Virus record (IMG/VR): IMGVR_UViG_3300021387_000700
DNA from: a virus
Direction: 5' to 3' (one strand)
DNA: 64,000 nucleotides
Below, piece by piece: positions 36,341 through 45,575 of the stretch (its first letter is position 1; each line of letters opens with the position of its first letter). Under the pieces are notes generated by a model. The model worked only from the letters and a program-made list of their open reading frames with translations, did no database searches and was not told the origin of the DNA. Position numbers and translations under genes: made by a program.

Positions 36341-38485
36341 TTAGAATGGTGCATCACCATCAATAGGGGGTGCAAACGGCATATCGCCTACTGCATAGGG
36401 CGCATCGCTCTGTTCAGAATACACCTCCACACGTTCGCTTTCATTAAAGGACATCGTACCTTGAACGGGCTCAGCCTCCCAGCCGTAGTGTATATTCTCA
36501 TCGGGCGTATTCTTGAAACGGCGGCTTTCGAGCTCATAGTGCAAGCCTACCAGCACATCACAAACGCCATACATACGGTTTTTGGATATTTCCACCACGT
36601 TTCCAAAGCATGAATAACGCTGTATCTGCGACTGCCCGTAGAACTCCGCGCCAGCCTTTAGGAAATCTTGGTTTACACGGTGTGCGATAAACACGTTATC
36701 AACGGCGTTTGTAAGGTCGGCAGTTCCCGATATATCGGCCTTACGCAAGAAAGCCAATGATTTACGCGGGTGTGCAACAATGATAATATGAACGTTGTTT
36801 GTCTTTGCGAAATCCTTCAATTGCAGGATAAGGTTTTTCTGCTTATTGTTCTTGTCGCCCTCCAGCAGGTCTATATCCAATGCCATAAGATTGTCAAGAA
36901 TAAACACTTTCACGCCAGCCTTCAAAAGCTCCTTCATGTCGTGAAAGACCTCCTCCCATGTGTTGCCGTATTCGTTATTGAAAAGGAAGAACTTACCGTC
37001 CATCCAATCGTCGATGCGCTTTGCTATATTGTTCGGCACGAAATACTTTCCGTCGCCGTATTGGGATAGTTTAAGATTCTCCTTTCCTGCGGCCACCATC
37101 TGAATCCACGCCTTTAGGATATGTGCTGGCAGCTCGCCGCTGAACAATGCGCTCGGTGCGCCCTGCTGCAAGAAATTACATATAAGCGTATTCAAAAGCG
37201 AGGATTTTCCCGATGCGTTACCGCCCGAAAGCAAAGTAACCTCACACTCGGCCAACCCAAGGAGCAGTCGGTCTATTTCATTAATGCCCGTCTTGATACG
37301 CGGGATAGATGATAAGTCCACCTTTTGAATATCACTCATGCAAAGCCATTTCTTACCCAATTCGGGCAATTCCTCCTTTATCTGATAGCGGGGCTTTTGC
37401 GGGGCATAGATGCGGGGTGCATACTGCGGCTGATAGGCAGGACGGTCATAGGCCGTTGGCTCATAGAACAAACGTACATCATGCCATGTCTTGTCCTTGC
37501 AATGGCTGTGCGTGCAGTTGAACGTGATTTTACCGTCGTTGTCAACAAACAATGCGCTATCCCATTTCTTGCGGTCGCTATGCGTATCTACCCAAGGGCA
37601 GTACTCAAGCTCATAAATGGTGCTTGTGCCGCTTTTCTTTTCGCGATACTTAATGCCGTGCTCGTTAAGCCACGTAACCAAATCAAACGGGGTGTTATTG
37701 CCTTGATACTGCGGCCTGCGGTTGGGAGCTACCTTTGGCTCTTCCTTTGGCAGCAGGTCGGCTATCTTTTGGAATAGCGCATCATCATTGGGCGACAAAT
37801 CGGCTGGCACTTTCACGATTTCGGCAATACGCCATTTTCGGTCGGGCGTATCTGAGCCTTTCTTAGCCCATGTGCCTATAAGCTTGTCGATGCGGGCAGG
37901 GTTAAAAACCTTCTCGTCAATCTCCACGCTCGCGTCAGAAAACATCTTTGACAGCGACTGCAAGAAACGCTTAACAAGCTCGTTATGCTCTTCGTCGTTA
38001 GGCATATCACACGGGAGATACACATGCCAGCCGTTTCCCGATTTCGTGATTATCGGCTCTTTGAATCCAGCACCGATAAGATAGCGGAACACATCAACGG
38101 CCTTTAGGTGTGCTTTCTCAAACTCATCATCGCTTGCGCTGATGCCAGCGGCACGGCTTGGGTCGAGGTCTATAAGCACCATGCGCCGACGGGTAATATC
38201 GCCATCGTTTGTCGTTGACTTCGGCTTCTTTACGAATGTGTCGTGCTGCTCACGGCTGTATAGCGCATCATTGATTTCGTTGAGCGTGAAATATGCCTGC
38301 ATCGCGCCGTAATACTGATAGTTGTTGTGGTCTAACAACGGGCGCAATTGCGCAATAAGCGTATCAATATCGCGAAAGTAGCCGCTGTATGCCGCCTTAC
38401 CAAGCAGTCGTATCTCAACGAGCTTTCCCTGCGGGTTGAACAGCTGCCACCATTTCCTTATTTGGCCTTCGTTAATTTCGTACAT
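36341..38485 (-). CDS. AEP-type primase-polymerase fused to a RecA-fold (DnaB/RepA-like) helicase
   Basis: AEP motifs MVLIDLD and GNGWHVYL. Cys/His cluster CPWVDTHS...FNCTHSHC. Walker A GGNASGKSS and Walker B VFILDN. Confidence 0.8.
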   Translation of the reverse strand: MYEINEGQIRKWWQLFNPQGKLVEIRLLGKAAYSGYFRDIDTLIAQLRPLLDHNNYQYYGAMQAYFTLNEINDALYSREQHDTFVKKPKSTTNDGDITRRRMVLIDLDPSRAAGISASDDEFEKAHLKAVDVFRYLIGAGFKEPIITKSGNGWHVYLPCDMPNDEEHNELVKRFLQSLSKMFSDASVEIDEKVFNPARIDKLIGTWAKKGSDTPDRKWRIAEIVKVPADLSPNDDALFQKIADLLPKEEPKVAPNRRPQYQGNNTPFDLVTWLNEHGIKYREKKSGTSTIYELEYCPWVDTHSDRKKWDSALFVDNDGKITFNCTHSHCKDKTWHDVRLFYEPTAYDRPAYQPQYAPRIYAPQKPRYQIKEELPELGKKWLCMSDIQKVDLSSIPRIKTGINEIDRLLLGLAECEVTLLSGGNASGKSSLLNTLICNFLQQGAPSALFSGELPAHILKAWIQMVAAGKENLKLSQYGDGKYFVPNNIAKRIDDWMDGKFFLFNNEYGNTWEEVFHDMKELLKAGVKVFILDNLMALDIDLLEGDKNNKQKNLILQLKDFAKTNNVHIIIVAHPRKSLAFLRKADISGTADLTNAVDNVFIAHRVNQDFLKAGAEFYGQSQIQRYSCFGNVVEISKNRMYGVCDVLVGLHYELESRRFKNTPDENIHYGWEAEPVQGTMSFNESERVEVYSEQSDAPYAVGDMPFAPPIDGDAPF

Positions 38486-38492
38486 ATATAGA

Positions 38493-39119
38493 TTACTTGT
38501 TTATCCAAACCCTAAAATTAGCATCCCACATTATATCGCCGCGATTATTGTTAAGCATGATAGTTGCACCGTCGGGACGGTTCTCGTCCGTATAGCCATC
38601 GGAAATGAAACCGTCGAAATTGCCTATATACATGTATTTCTGATAATAATCGTTCCAATTCAATGCGCCACCGCATATCGGTCTATAAACAGAATCGCAG
38701 CTATCCTCCTTTGTCGGGTCGTAGATAATCTGATTGTTTGCGAACACTACCGTCTTGTAAACCTTGTCGCGGAGGTAACGCTCGAAATCCTTGCAGTATT
38801 GAATATCCCTGCTGGAGACGTATGCCTTGATATGCGGCAGGACGCTTTCCTTTTCACGTTCCGACATTTTCTTCCAATAATCCAAAGCCTTTTTCTTTGA
38901 GCCCTTTCTGTTGTATGCCTTCCAGCACTCCTCGAAAAGCTCCTTGTTAGGCGCAAGCGTCCTTACATAGTCCACAATCTCGGCCATTGTCTCAAAATCA
39001 AGACCGTCGTCTATCACTATTCCGTTTTCCTCGATTTCGATAATGCCGCGTGTGTCGGCCTTTAACAAGATGTCCCTAACGCGGGCTATCTGCTCGTCTG
39101 TTGTTAATCGTAATGCCAT
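38493..39119 (-). CDS. hypothetical replication-module protein
   Basis: 208 aa, directly upstream of the primase-helicase gene. Confidence 0.5.
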   Translation of the reverse strand: MALRLTTDEQIARVRDILLKADTRGIIEIEENGIVIDDGLDFETMAEIVDYVRTLAPNKELFEECWKAYNRKGSKKKALDYWKKMSEREKESVLPHIKAYVSSRDIQYCKDFERYLRDKVYKTVVFANNQIIYDPTKEDSCDSVYRPICGGALNWNDYYQKYMYIGNFDGFISDGYTDENRPDGATIMLNNNRGDIMWDANFRVWINK

Positions 39120-39161
39120 ATTTTGCGTTTCTAAAATTATGCGTTCATTTTAAGAAAAAAG

Positions 39162-39237
39162 TAATGGGCGAATGAAAGATGAAACGCTTAACTTTCATTG
39201 GGCTATTGGCGGGTTGCAAGGCCACCTCACGCCCATT
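39162..39237 (-). other. terminator-like nested stem-loops in the leader
   Basis: Outer stem aatgggcg 39163-70 / cgcccatt 39230-37. Inner stem aatgaaag 39171-78 / ctttcatt 39192-99. On the minus strand it is followed by ACTTTTTTCTT. Confidence 0.45.
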
Positions 39238-39243
39238 CTTGTG

Positions 39244-39251
39244 CAAAGATA
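39244..39251 (-). promoter_or_regulatory. -7 box TATCTTTG(CA)
   Basis: Minus strand, immediately upstream of the structured element and 125 nt from ATG 39119. Confidence 0.35.
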
Positions 39252-39289
39252 ATACTATTATTTGAAATATACAAACCTCTTAACGTTAT

Positions 39290-39994
39290 TTAATCAAAAA
39301 GGCTTGTTTGCACCACCGTTTGCCCGTTTGCCTGCCTTATCTCGCCCTTGCATATCCTATCAAAGCGTTCTACGCCCTTATTAAAGTACAAAGGCGATAT
39401 TTCACAGCCCACATAATCAAAGCCCATCTGATATGCTGCAATACGGCTGCTGGCACTACCCATCATCGGGTCAAAGATGATGTTGCCCTCCTTGGCATAG
39501 TTGCGGTAAATCCAGCCGTAAAGCTCTACGGGCTTCTGCGTAGCATGGAAACGCTTATCATCGTGCTTGCTAAGTTGGCTGAACTCCACTATCTTTGCAT
39601 TTCCTTGAAAGCTCGTCCACGCATACTCGCACATGGCCATAGAGAAATTTTCTGGAATCTGCTTTTTCCATATTAAGAAACAGCGAGTGGCAGGCATACC
39701 GTCGAAATAGTTAGCACCCCAAATAATCTGATTCTTGCTCACGCGGAAAAGCTCCTCGAAGAAATCATCATCGGGTGCTTTATCCCATTCATCAATGTCA
39801 ATGGGATTACCGTCCACTTGGCGATAGCGGTTGAAACGGCCTTTGTGGAATCGGCCACCCTTGATGAAAGCCTCGCTGCCGCCATGTCCGTAAGGCGGGT
39901 CGGCTACGGCCAAATCAAAATAATCATCGGGCAGCGTTTTCATATATTCCACGCAATCCATATTGAATACATCGCTCCTAAGTTCTTTTTCCAT
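39290..39994 (-). CDS. DNA methyltransferase (PF01555-type, N6-A/N4-C)
   Basis: Motif IV ADPPYG, HATQKPVEL, and motif I FDPMMGSASS. Confidence 0.85.
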   Translation of the reverse strand: MEKELRSDVFNMDCVEYMKTLPDDYFDLAVADPPYGHGGSEAFIKGGRFHKGRFNRYRQVDGNPIDIDEWDKAPDDDFFEELFRVSKNQIIWGANYFDGMPATRCFLIWKKQIPENFSMAMCEYAWTSFQGNAKIVEFSQLSKHDDKRFHATQKPVELYGWIYRNYAKEGNIIFDPMMGSASSRIAAYQMGFDYVGCEISPLYFNKGVERFDRICKGEIRQANGQTVVQTSLFD

Positions 39995-39997
39995 ATA

Positions 39998-40694
39998 CTA
40001 AAAATCTAATGTAAGTTGACTTTGTTCAATTCTTATTCTCTTCTTCGTCAGTTCATAATAATGCTCGTCAAGCTCAAAGCCGATAAACGAGCATTTCTGC
40101 TGTATCGCCGCGATAAGCGTCGTGCCGCTGCCGCAGGTGCAGTCCATGACTGTGAATTTACCCCCCCCCCATTTTCGTCGCGTCAAAAATTAGACGTCGT
40201 AACAAGTTGACGGGCTTTTCATTGGGATGCACCATCTTGTCGGCGGACACGCGGGGAACGGATATAATATCTACGGGGCGTTTCCCTTGAAACCTAAAAT
40301 CCTTCATCGGCGCGAACACGATGCTTTCGTATCTGCTGCCGTATGCCGATTCAAGGTCGCCCATAGAGTGATTGCCCTTATCCCATATAAGCACGTTCTT
40401 TACGCGCATACCGTTTGCCTGCAATTCATCTATAACGGGCTGCTGAACGTCCCACCGTGTGAACAGATAAACAGCACCCGTATCTTTCATAACCCTCGGC
40501 AGGTACTTGATGAAATCGACAAACGGCCTTTTGTCGTTGGCAATCTTTTCAAAGTGCTTTTGTTTTCCGTTCCAAGAGGACTGATAATCTATGCCGTATG
40601 GCAAATCCGTGATGCACACATCAATGCTCTTGTCGGGTACTTGCTGGATAAGCTCCAAGCAGTCGCCGTGATATACGTTATTGAACTCCAGCAT
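39998..40694 (-). pseudogene. second PF01555-type DNA methyltransferase, split by a frameshift at a G10 tract (possible ON/OFF phase variation)
   Basis: The N-terminal part (40158-40694) carries TDLPYG and HPNEKPVNLL and ends ...KMGGG*. The C-terminal part (39998-40186) carries VMDCTCGSGTT. Removing one G fuses the two frames. Confidence 0.8.
40161..40170 (-). repeat. homopolymeric G10 (C10 on the plus strand) tract
   Basis: Read directly from the sequence. The stop TAA (40158-40160) follows the tract immediately. Confidence 0.9.
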
Positions 40695-40697
40695 ATA

Positions 40698-41471
40698 CTA
40701 TCCCAATTTATCGCCACAGCACCAAAGCATGTCGCCACTTTCCAAGAACTTTATGCAATGCGCATCCGACTGAGCCAGCATCGGAATATCTTCGTAGACA
40801 ACATCTTCTGTTGACGTCGTTTGCTTGATGCGCTTATACGTAAACGTTACCTGCGGGCGGTCAAACAATCCGTTTCCAAGCAGCCTTGCAACGGTGTTGT
40901 ACGGCTCGCGCTTTGCCGTTACGCCCATAACCTCCACATCGGGTCGGTTATAGAACGACAAGCCGTGACAGATGCCAGCAACGATAACGCCGCTTTCATC
41001 ATATACCACAATGCGTTTTATATCCTGCGGCACTAAGAAACATTGGTGCATGACCGTTTCAACGGCACAGCGGGCAGCAAAGCCCATCGGTAGCATGATA
41101 CGGTTGCTATCCATGTCCGCATATTCCCTTGCACGGGCGTTAATAACGTTATTGTAGCCGTTTGCCACTTGATGATAGTGCAGATTCTTGTTTAGCACGG
41201 CCATTGCGCCCATCATAGGCGTTTCATCGCCGTTAGGGGTGAATATGTCACACTTAAACCCGAAATCCGCACAGCCCTGCGCCACAAGTGCCAAATCAAC
41301 ATCATTGCGTCCGCAGGCATAGGTAACCTCGGTATAGCCAGCATCATCAACGCGGTTTAGCAAGGAGTAAACCATACGGCCTCTTGTGCCGCATACGCCA
41401 CCTTTGGCGAACTTGTAGTCCTCCTTGATGTATATGCTGTTATGGCCGTATATAGGCATTAGTCTATCCAT
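40698..41471 (-). CDS. hypothetical enzyme-like protein, weak resemblance to fold-type-II PLP (ACC-deaminase-like) proteins
   Basis: 257 aa. The stretch KEDYKFAKGGVCGTRGRMVYSLL...VTYACGRND..A..GFKCDIF loosely mirrors KRDDL..GGNKTRKLEYL..GG.QSN, but has no Lys at the PLP position. Translationally coupled to the methyltransferases. Confidence 0.25.
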   Translation of the reverse strand: MDRLMPIYGHNSIYIKEDYKFAKGGVCGTRGRMVYSLLNRVDDAGYTEVTYACGRNDVDLALVAQGCADFGFKCDIFTPNGDETPMMGAMAVLNKNLHYHQVANGYNNVINARAREYADMDSNRIMLPMGFAARCAVETVMHQCFLVPQDIKRIVVYDESGVIVAGICHGLSFYNRPDVEVMGVTAKREPYNTVARLLGNGLFDRPQVTFTYKRIKQTTSTEDVVYEDIPMLAQSDAHCIKFLESGDMLWCCGDKLG

Positions 41472-41820
41472 TTTTCTTATCTTTGTCCTTTTTGTTCAAC
41501 TTTCCTGCAAGCAACAGCGTAGATACCTTGTCGTAGATAGCCCTATTCTCCAAGTTGGTACGTATCTTTCCGAAATCATCATCATCCACGCATCGGCGGT
41601 ATGACTTGCCAAGCATCTTAGGCACGTCTGTACGTTTGATATTGGCATCATCGCAAAGGCGTGAAAGCATACGTACCTCCTTTTCGGTGGCCTCGCAGCT
41701 GCCATCCTTGTTAGCATGTATGGTGCTGTTAAGCCAAGACAGCAGGTCATGTTTCTTAGCCATATAGCGCAATCTTGAAAGATATTCACGCGCCATCGCT
41801 TGCAGGGTCTCGTTACGCAT
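41464..41820 (-). CDS. hypothetical early protein
   Basis: 118 aa with a basic C-terminus. Confidence 0.45.
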   Translation of the reverse strand: MRNETLQAMAREYLSRLRYMAKKHDLLSWLNSTIHANKDGSCEATEKEVRMLSRLCDDANIKRTDVPKMLGKSYRRCVDDDDFGKIRTNLENRAIYDKVSTLLLAGKLNKKDKDKKNG

Positions 41821-41822
41821 AG

Positions 41823-42245
41823 TTAGAATGGTAAATCATCAGCTGGTGTATCTCCCGTTGTTTCGGGCATAGGTGATGCGGCTGGTGCGCTTGTAGGCGC
41901 AGGTGCTGACGGGGCATTTCCCGTAGTAGTGCCAGCATTGGCCGCTGGTGCTGGAGCTGCCGCCTGCTGCCCGTCCATGCGAACGGCACGCCACGCTTGA
42001 CACTCCGTGAACCACTTACCCTGCCACTCACGGCTCTCGACGTCGAATGATACGTTATAGAAACCGCCAACGACAATCTGCATCTGTGCGAACTTATCCT
42101 CGCCCATAACCTTGAAGGCTACCTTTTTCGGGTACTGCCCCTGCGTTTCGATAACGAACTGATTGGTTACGTATGTATTGCCATTCTTCTGTGATGTGTA
42201 TGTCTGCGGATTAAGCACCGCAACGACTTTTCCTTGTATTTCCAT
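41823..42245 (-). CDS. DUF3127-family protein with an SSB-like C-terminal tip
   Basis: Contains MEIQGKVV...QYPKKVAFKV...SFDVESREWQGKWFTE, followed by an A/P-rich linker ending in DDLPF. Confidence 0.7.
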   Translation of the reverse strand: MEIQGKVVAVLNPQTYTSQKNGNTYVTNQFVIETQGQYPKKVAFKVMGEDKFAQMQIVVGGFYNVSFDVESREWQGKWFTECQAWRAVRMDGQQAAAPAPAANAGTTTGNAPSAPAPTSAPAASPMPETTGDTPADDLPF

Positions 42246-42250
42246 ATTGC

Positions 42251-42433
42251 TTATTTTTTGAAGTTTATAATAATTTCATCCCAAATATTGAAAGTGTGAT
42301 GAAGATAATCCATCATATCGCTTTCCGTGCGAGTACCAACGTGCCGCCATCTACCAAGGCCGAAAATACCACGTTTATAGATGTAATATACGTTTTCGCC
42401 ATTTTCTACTTTTCTAATAATCTTTTCTTTCAT
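42251..42433 (-). CDS. small hypothetical protein
   Basis: 60 aa. From the ORF track. Confidence 0.4.
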   Translation of the reverse strand: MKEKIIRKVENGENVYYIYKRGIFGLGRWRHVGTRTESDMMDYLHHTFNIWDEIIINFKK

Positions 42434-42547
42434 AACTAAAACGGTAATCTTTTAAAACTTATAAACGGCCAACGTAGCTCTTCGTTGATATGTAGCCATA
42501 TACAACCAAACAATAGGTATGTGTGAAACGAATCACGCCCCCAGCTA

Positions 42548-42733
42548 CTAAAACCGCATCTTTCGCATACTTTTATCATACTTCTCGAGCTTTTTACGCT
42601 TCTTGGCCTTATATTGCTTGTTGTGCCGCTCAAGCTCGCAGGGCTTTACGCTGCGGGTGCAGGTGCAATGATTACCCTGCAAGCGTGATTTAAGCCAATA
42701 TTGGCAGCTGGTGCATCTCATACGTCCATCCAA
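42548..42733 (-). CDS. Cys-rich basic small protein
   Basis: Contains CTSC...CTC...C followed by a K/R-rich tail. Overlaps an alternative frame at 42436-42633. Confidence 0.35.
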   Translation of the reverse strand: MDGRMRCTSCQYWLKSRLQGNHCTCTRSVKPCELERHNKQYKAKKRKKLEKYDKSMRKMRF

Positions 42734-42897
42734 GCTTTGTAAACACTATCATACTCCTTCTCGTCGACGCTCCAAATGGCATTTTCAAAATAAATCAGAA
42801 ACTTGCCACTTTTGGGGTGTGATATTGCCACGACGCGACGCAGGTCTAACGTTGTTTTTAACCCGCAATAAACCAATTCTACCTTAAACTGCTTCAT
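42718..42897 (-). CDS. small hypothetical protein (start uncertain)
   Basis: Internal ATG MKQFKVELVY chosen. The track ORF extends to 43059 and would overlap the upstream gene. Confidence 0.35.
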   Translation of the reverse strand: MKQFKVELVYCGLKTTLDLRRVVAISHPKSGKFLIYFENAIWSVDEKEYDSVYKAWMDV

Positions 42898-43016
42898 AAT
42901 TTTATGTTTTAAATCTTGTTTTTGCCCATTTTCAAGCCCGTAGGCGCGTTTTCTCCCATTGAGCCTATAAAGTGCCCACCGAAAGAAAAACAACGCCTTA
43001 AAACGGCTTAAAACCG

Positions 43017-43205
43017 TTATTCCGCATTTGCGTTCGTATATTTCAGTATTTTCTCCCATGATGCTTGGTCGTAAATATGATATGGCTGGTTTGCACCTAC
43101 GGTATAAACGCGCTTGTTTTGCAGGTCGACGCCTTCTATCGTCTCCAAGTTGAAGAGATACGGCAGATTATCCTTGCCGACCTTGATTCTTACGAACTTT
43201 GCCAT
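43017..43205 (-). CDS. small hypothetical protein
   Basis: First ATG taken (MAKFVRIKVG...). Confidence 0.4.
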   Translation of the reverse strand: MAKFVRIKVGKDNLPYLFNLETIEGVDLQNKRVYTVGANQPYHIYDQASWEKILKYTNANAE

Positions 43206-43217
43206 GATAAACAACGT

Positions 43218-43787
43218 TTAATAGTTCTTGCCGTGACGAATGGAACGGGTCTCGTTGTATTGCATCTTCTGCTCCACATGCCAAAGCAGGTCGAACTTAT
43301 GGAAATCAGCGAAATCAAAGCACCACGTAAGAGAAGCACCAAGAAGACGGGAAATGTCGTCTGTCGACGTATCTTCGTCAATACGGGTTATAATCTTCGT
43401 CAATCCGTAGCATTGCTCATTGATAGAGTCTTTACCCCAAAGTTTAGCCCAATCATCGCTTGTAGATGTTTCCTCGAGGATAAGCGGCTCTATATGCCGT
43501 GTTCCCAAGAAATCGCATATACGGATAACAACGTCGGCCAATTCATCCTCCAGCGTGTCCTTGACGTTCGATTCAAACCATTCGGCGAAAGTTTCATCAC
43601 TAATAGATAGCTTATCACCGACAAAAGCACGGCGCGATTTTCTGTCGGCCTCGACCATCTCGCCGATTTCCGAAACGACGAGCATCATAAAATGCGCATT
43701 ACTGCGGTCTACCTCATGAAAGCCGTGTGTGGCCGCAATGCTGTAGGCACGCTTAATCAATTCTTGAACTTTTTCTTTTGAAATCAT
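43218..43787 (-). CDS. MazG-like nucleotide pyrophosphohydrolase
   Basis: All-alpha, with SEIGEMVEA and ELADVVIRICD (EExxE/D-type motifs). Confidence 0.55.
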   Translation of the reverse strand: MISKEKVQELIKRAYSIAATHGFHEVDRSNAHFMMLVVSEIGEMVEADRKSRRAFVGDKLSISDETFAEWFESNVKDTLEDELADVVIRICDFLGTRHIEPLILEETSTSDDWAKLWGKDSINEQCYGLTKIITRIDEDTSTDDISRLLGASLTWCFDFADFHKFDLLWHVEQKMQYNETRSIRHGKNY

Positions 43788-43792
43788 AATCT

Positions 43793-44227
43793 TTAATCTT
43801 TATTTGAAATTGAATAAAACCTTTCTACGTTCGGATGGTGCTGCTTCCAATAGACACCATGTTTCTTTTTGAGCTGCTTTTTCAGTTTTCGCGGTATGCG
43901 CCCAATCGTATGCAACCGTGCGACGATTCTTGCATTGTGGAGGTGCAGCTCGCGTCCGCTATCATACTTGACGACAACATCGAAACGCGGCTCGCCGACA
44001 AAAAGCGTCGGAAACGAATCTCGCAACGGTGGAACATCTACATCTACGGATATAGACATCTCCGTTGGCCTAAACGCCATCTGCGGCTGGTATGCACCAC
44101 CGCCTATAACGCAGTCCTTGCAGACGATTGGATGATTGCCCGAATCTATCATCACGGTAGAGTCGCCAATGGTAAAACTAAATTTCGGCTGCTGCACTTT
44201 CATCACCTCCATCATTATCACAACCAC
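43793..44227 (-). CDS. hypothetical early protein (start uncertain)
   Basis: 144 aa. Overlaps the upstream ORF by up to 50 nt. Confidence 0.4.
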   Translation of the reverse strand: MVVIMMEVMKVQQPKFSFTIGDSTVMIDSGNHPIVCKDCVIGGGAYQPQMAFRPTEMSISVDVDVPPLRDSFPTLFVGEPRFDVVVKYDSGRELHLHNARIVARLHTIGRIPRKLKKQLKKKHGVYWKQHHPNVERFYSISNKD

Positions 44228-44501
44228 GCATGAAATCTATAACAGCACTATCCATCAGCGCACCTACGCCCACCAAAGTCGTATGTATGCCACCAACTAA
44301 TGACACCATCTGCCGAAGGCGCAGATATTCGGCGTTAGCCGACGGAACTTTTTCAGAACCCTCCAATTCCACCTCCTTCGCTTTCATGGCATCATGCAAA
44401 CGCCGTAATAAACCGCCTACCATGCCACGAATACGCTCCATGTCTTGATTAGCTATACCAAGCAAAGCACCAGCCTGCAACTCTAATATATCCTTTGCCA
44501 T
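44178..44501 (-). CDS. first gene of the leftward early operon, hypothetical
   Basis: Start at MAKDILELQ. A -7 box lies about 53 nt upstream. Confidence 0.45.
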   Translation of the reverse strand: MAKDILELQAGALLGIANQDMERIRGMVGGLLRRLHDAMKAKEVELEGSEKVPSANAEYLRLRQMVSLVGGIHTTLVGVGALMDSAVIDFMRGCDNDGGDESAAAEI

Positions 44502-44553
44502 ATACAATAACTTTCTTTTATCATATAAATAAATTAAACTATAAATTCGGGTG

Positions 44554-44561
44554 CAAATATA
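44554..44561 (-). promoter_or_regulatory. -7 box TATATTTG(CACCCG), leftward early promoter
   Basis: Minus-strand TATATTTGCACCCGAAT at the left edge of the gene-free region. Confidence 0.5.
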
Positions 44562-45084
44562 CACACTTTATTTTAAATATACCTAATAATAAGGTAACTT
44601 TAACAAAAGATTAACTATTATAAAGGTTTCTTTATATATATAAGATACACTATTTATAATATAGATAACCTATATTAATAAGTATATACTATATATAGGG
44701 ATATATCTGCATACGCACACACGCGAAAATTTTTCTTTTTTCAAAAATTTCTTTTTTTAAAAAATGGATTATGCGCACCACACCGATTTTGGGCGCAAAA
44801 ATAGCCCCCACCCCCTATAAAACCCCGTAACTCGCTGAAAATCAAGCAGTTATAAATATTATACGTTCGTTTTTTATTTATAACTTTGCACCCGCTTATA
44901 TTACACGACGGTACGACTAAATAATCCCCACAAAGATACGCAAACAAAGGGCAAAAAGTATAATTTTCGGGCTGCAAAGATAGTATATATTTTAGTCTTG
45001 AAAATAGGCTGTTTTTAGGTAGTTTTATTTATAAGATAACTATATATATAAAGTATATATATTTAAGGGCTACAAAGTGCAGGA

Positions 45085-45300
45085 AAATAGGAAATAATAT
45101 AATATAAATAATCATGTTTTAATATAGGTTTATAGGCAAAAAGAAAAGCATACAAGAAAAAGAAAAATAAAATATATAAATCTATATAATAATATAATAT
45201 AATAAATAAGAATAGAAAAAGAAATAAAAGAAAAAGAAAAGATAATAAGTGTATCAAAAACAATTAATAATATTATGATGCTGGCAATAACAAAGAATAA
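45085..45300 (+). repeat. A-rich, nearly C-free low-complexity tract (DNA-unwinding-element-like)
   Basis: Typical sequence is aaagaaaagcatacaagaaaaagaaaaataaaatatataaa...aaagaaaaagaaaagataataag. I counted about 4 C in 120 nt. Confidence 0.6.
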
Positions 45301-45369
45301 TTGTAAATAATACACTATCAAATAAGGGCTATAAATAAAGGGTGAAAAATGTTTCACGCTTATTTAGAA

Positions 45370-45385
45370 TTGTGTGCGGACACAA
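45370..45385. promoter_or_regulatory. palindromic operator-like site TTGTGT-GCGG-ACACAA
   Basis: Perfect 6-bp arms with a 4-nt spacer. Confidence 0.5.
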
Positions 45386-45575
45386 ATAGAAAAGTATATA
45401 AAAAGTAATATTGTAATATATACACATAAAATGCTTGAAAACCTTATATATAAATGGCTCTAACATTTATTATATATTTCTGTTAATAAGTATATATTTT
45501 GCAGAAGTCCTTTATTTATGGGTGTTTCACGCAATTAGTGCAATATTTTATAAAAGTCTAAATAATAAAAGGCCT

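Noticed and set aside
42436-42633. 65-aa ORF overlapping ORF 42548-42733 in another frame.
   Set aside because: The two cannot both be real. The 42548-42733 frame has the more protein-like Cys-rich/basic pattern and operon-consistent spacing. Neither is strongly supported.
44881-44982. Face-to-face promoter boxes (plus TAACTTTG at 44881-88 against minus TATCTTTG at 44931-38 and 44975-82), suggestive of a transcriptional-interference switch like coliphage 186.
   Set aside because: In AT-rich sequence the 6-base motif is expected by chance at this density. Without TSS data the arrangement is over-interpretation. It is mentioned only as part of the gene-desert finding.
45063-45357. Two overlapping minus-strand ORFs (66 and 75 aa) in the gene desert.
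   Set aside because: They translate an A-rich low-complexity tract into FLFLF/IYYI repeats. One starts at GTG. They are not plausible proteins.
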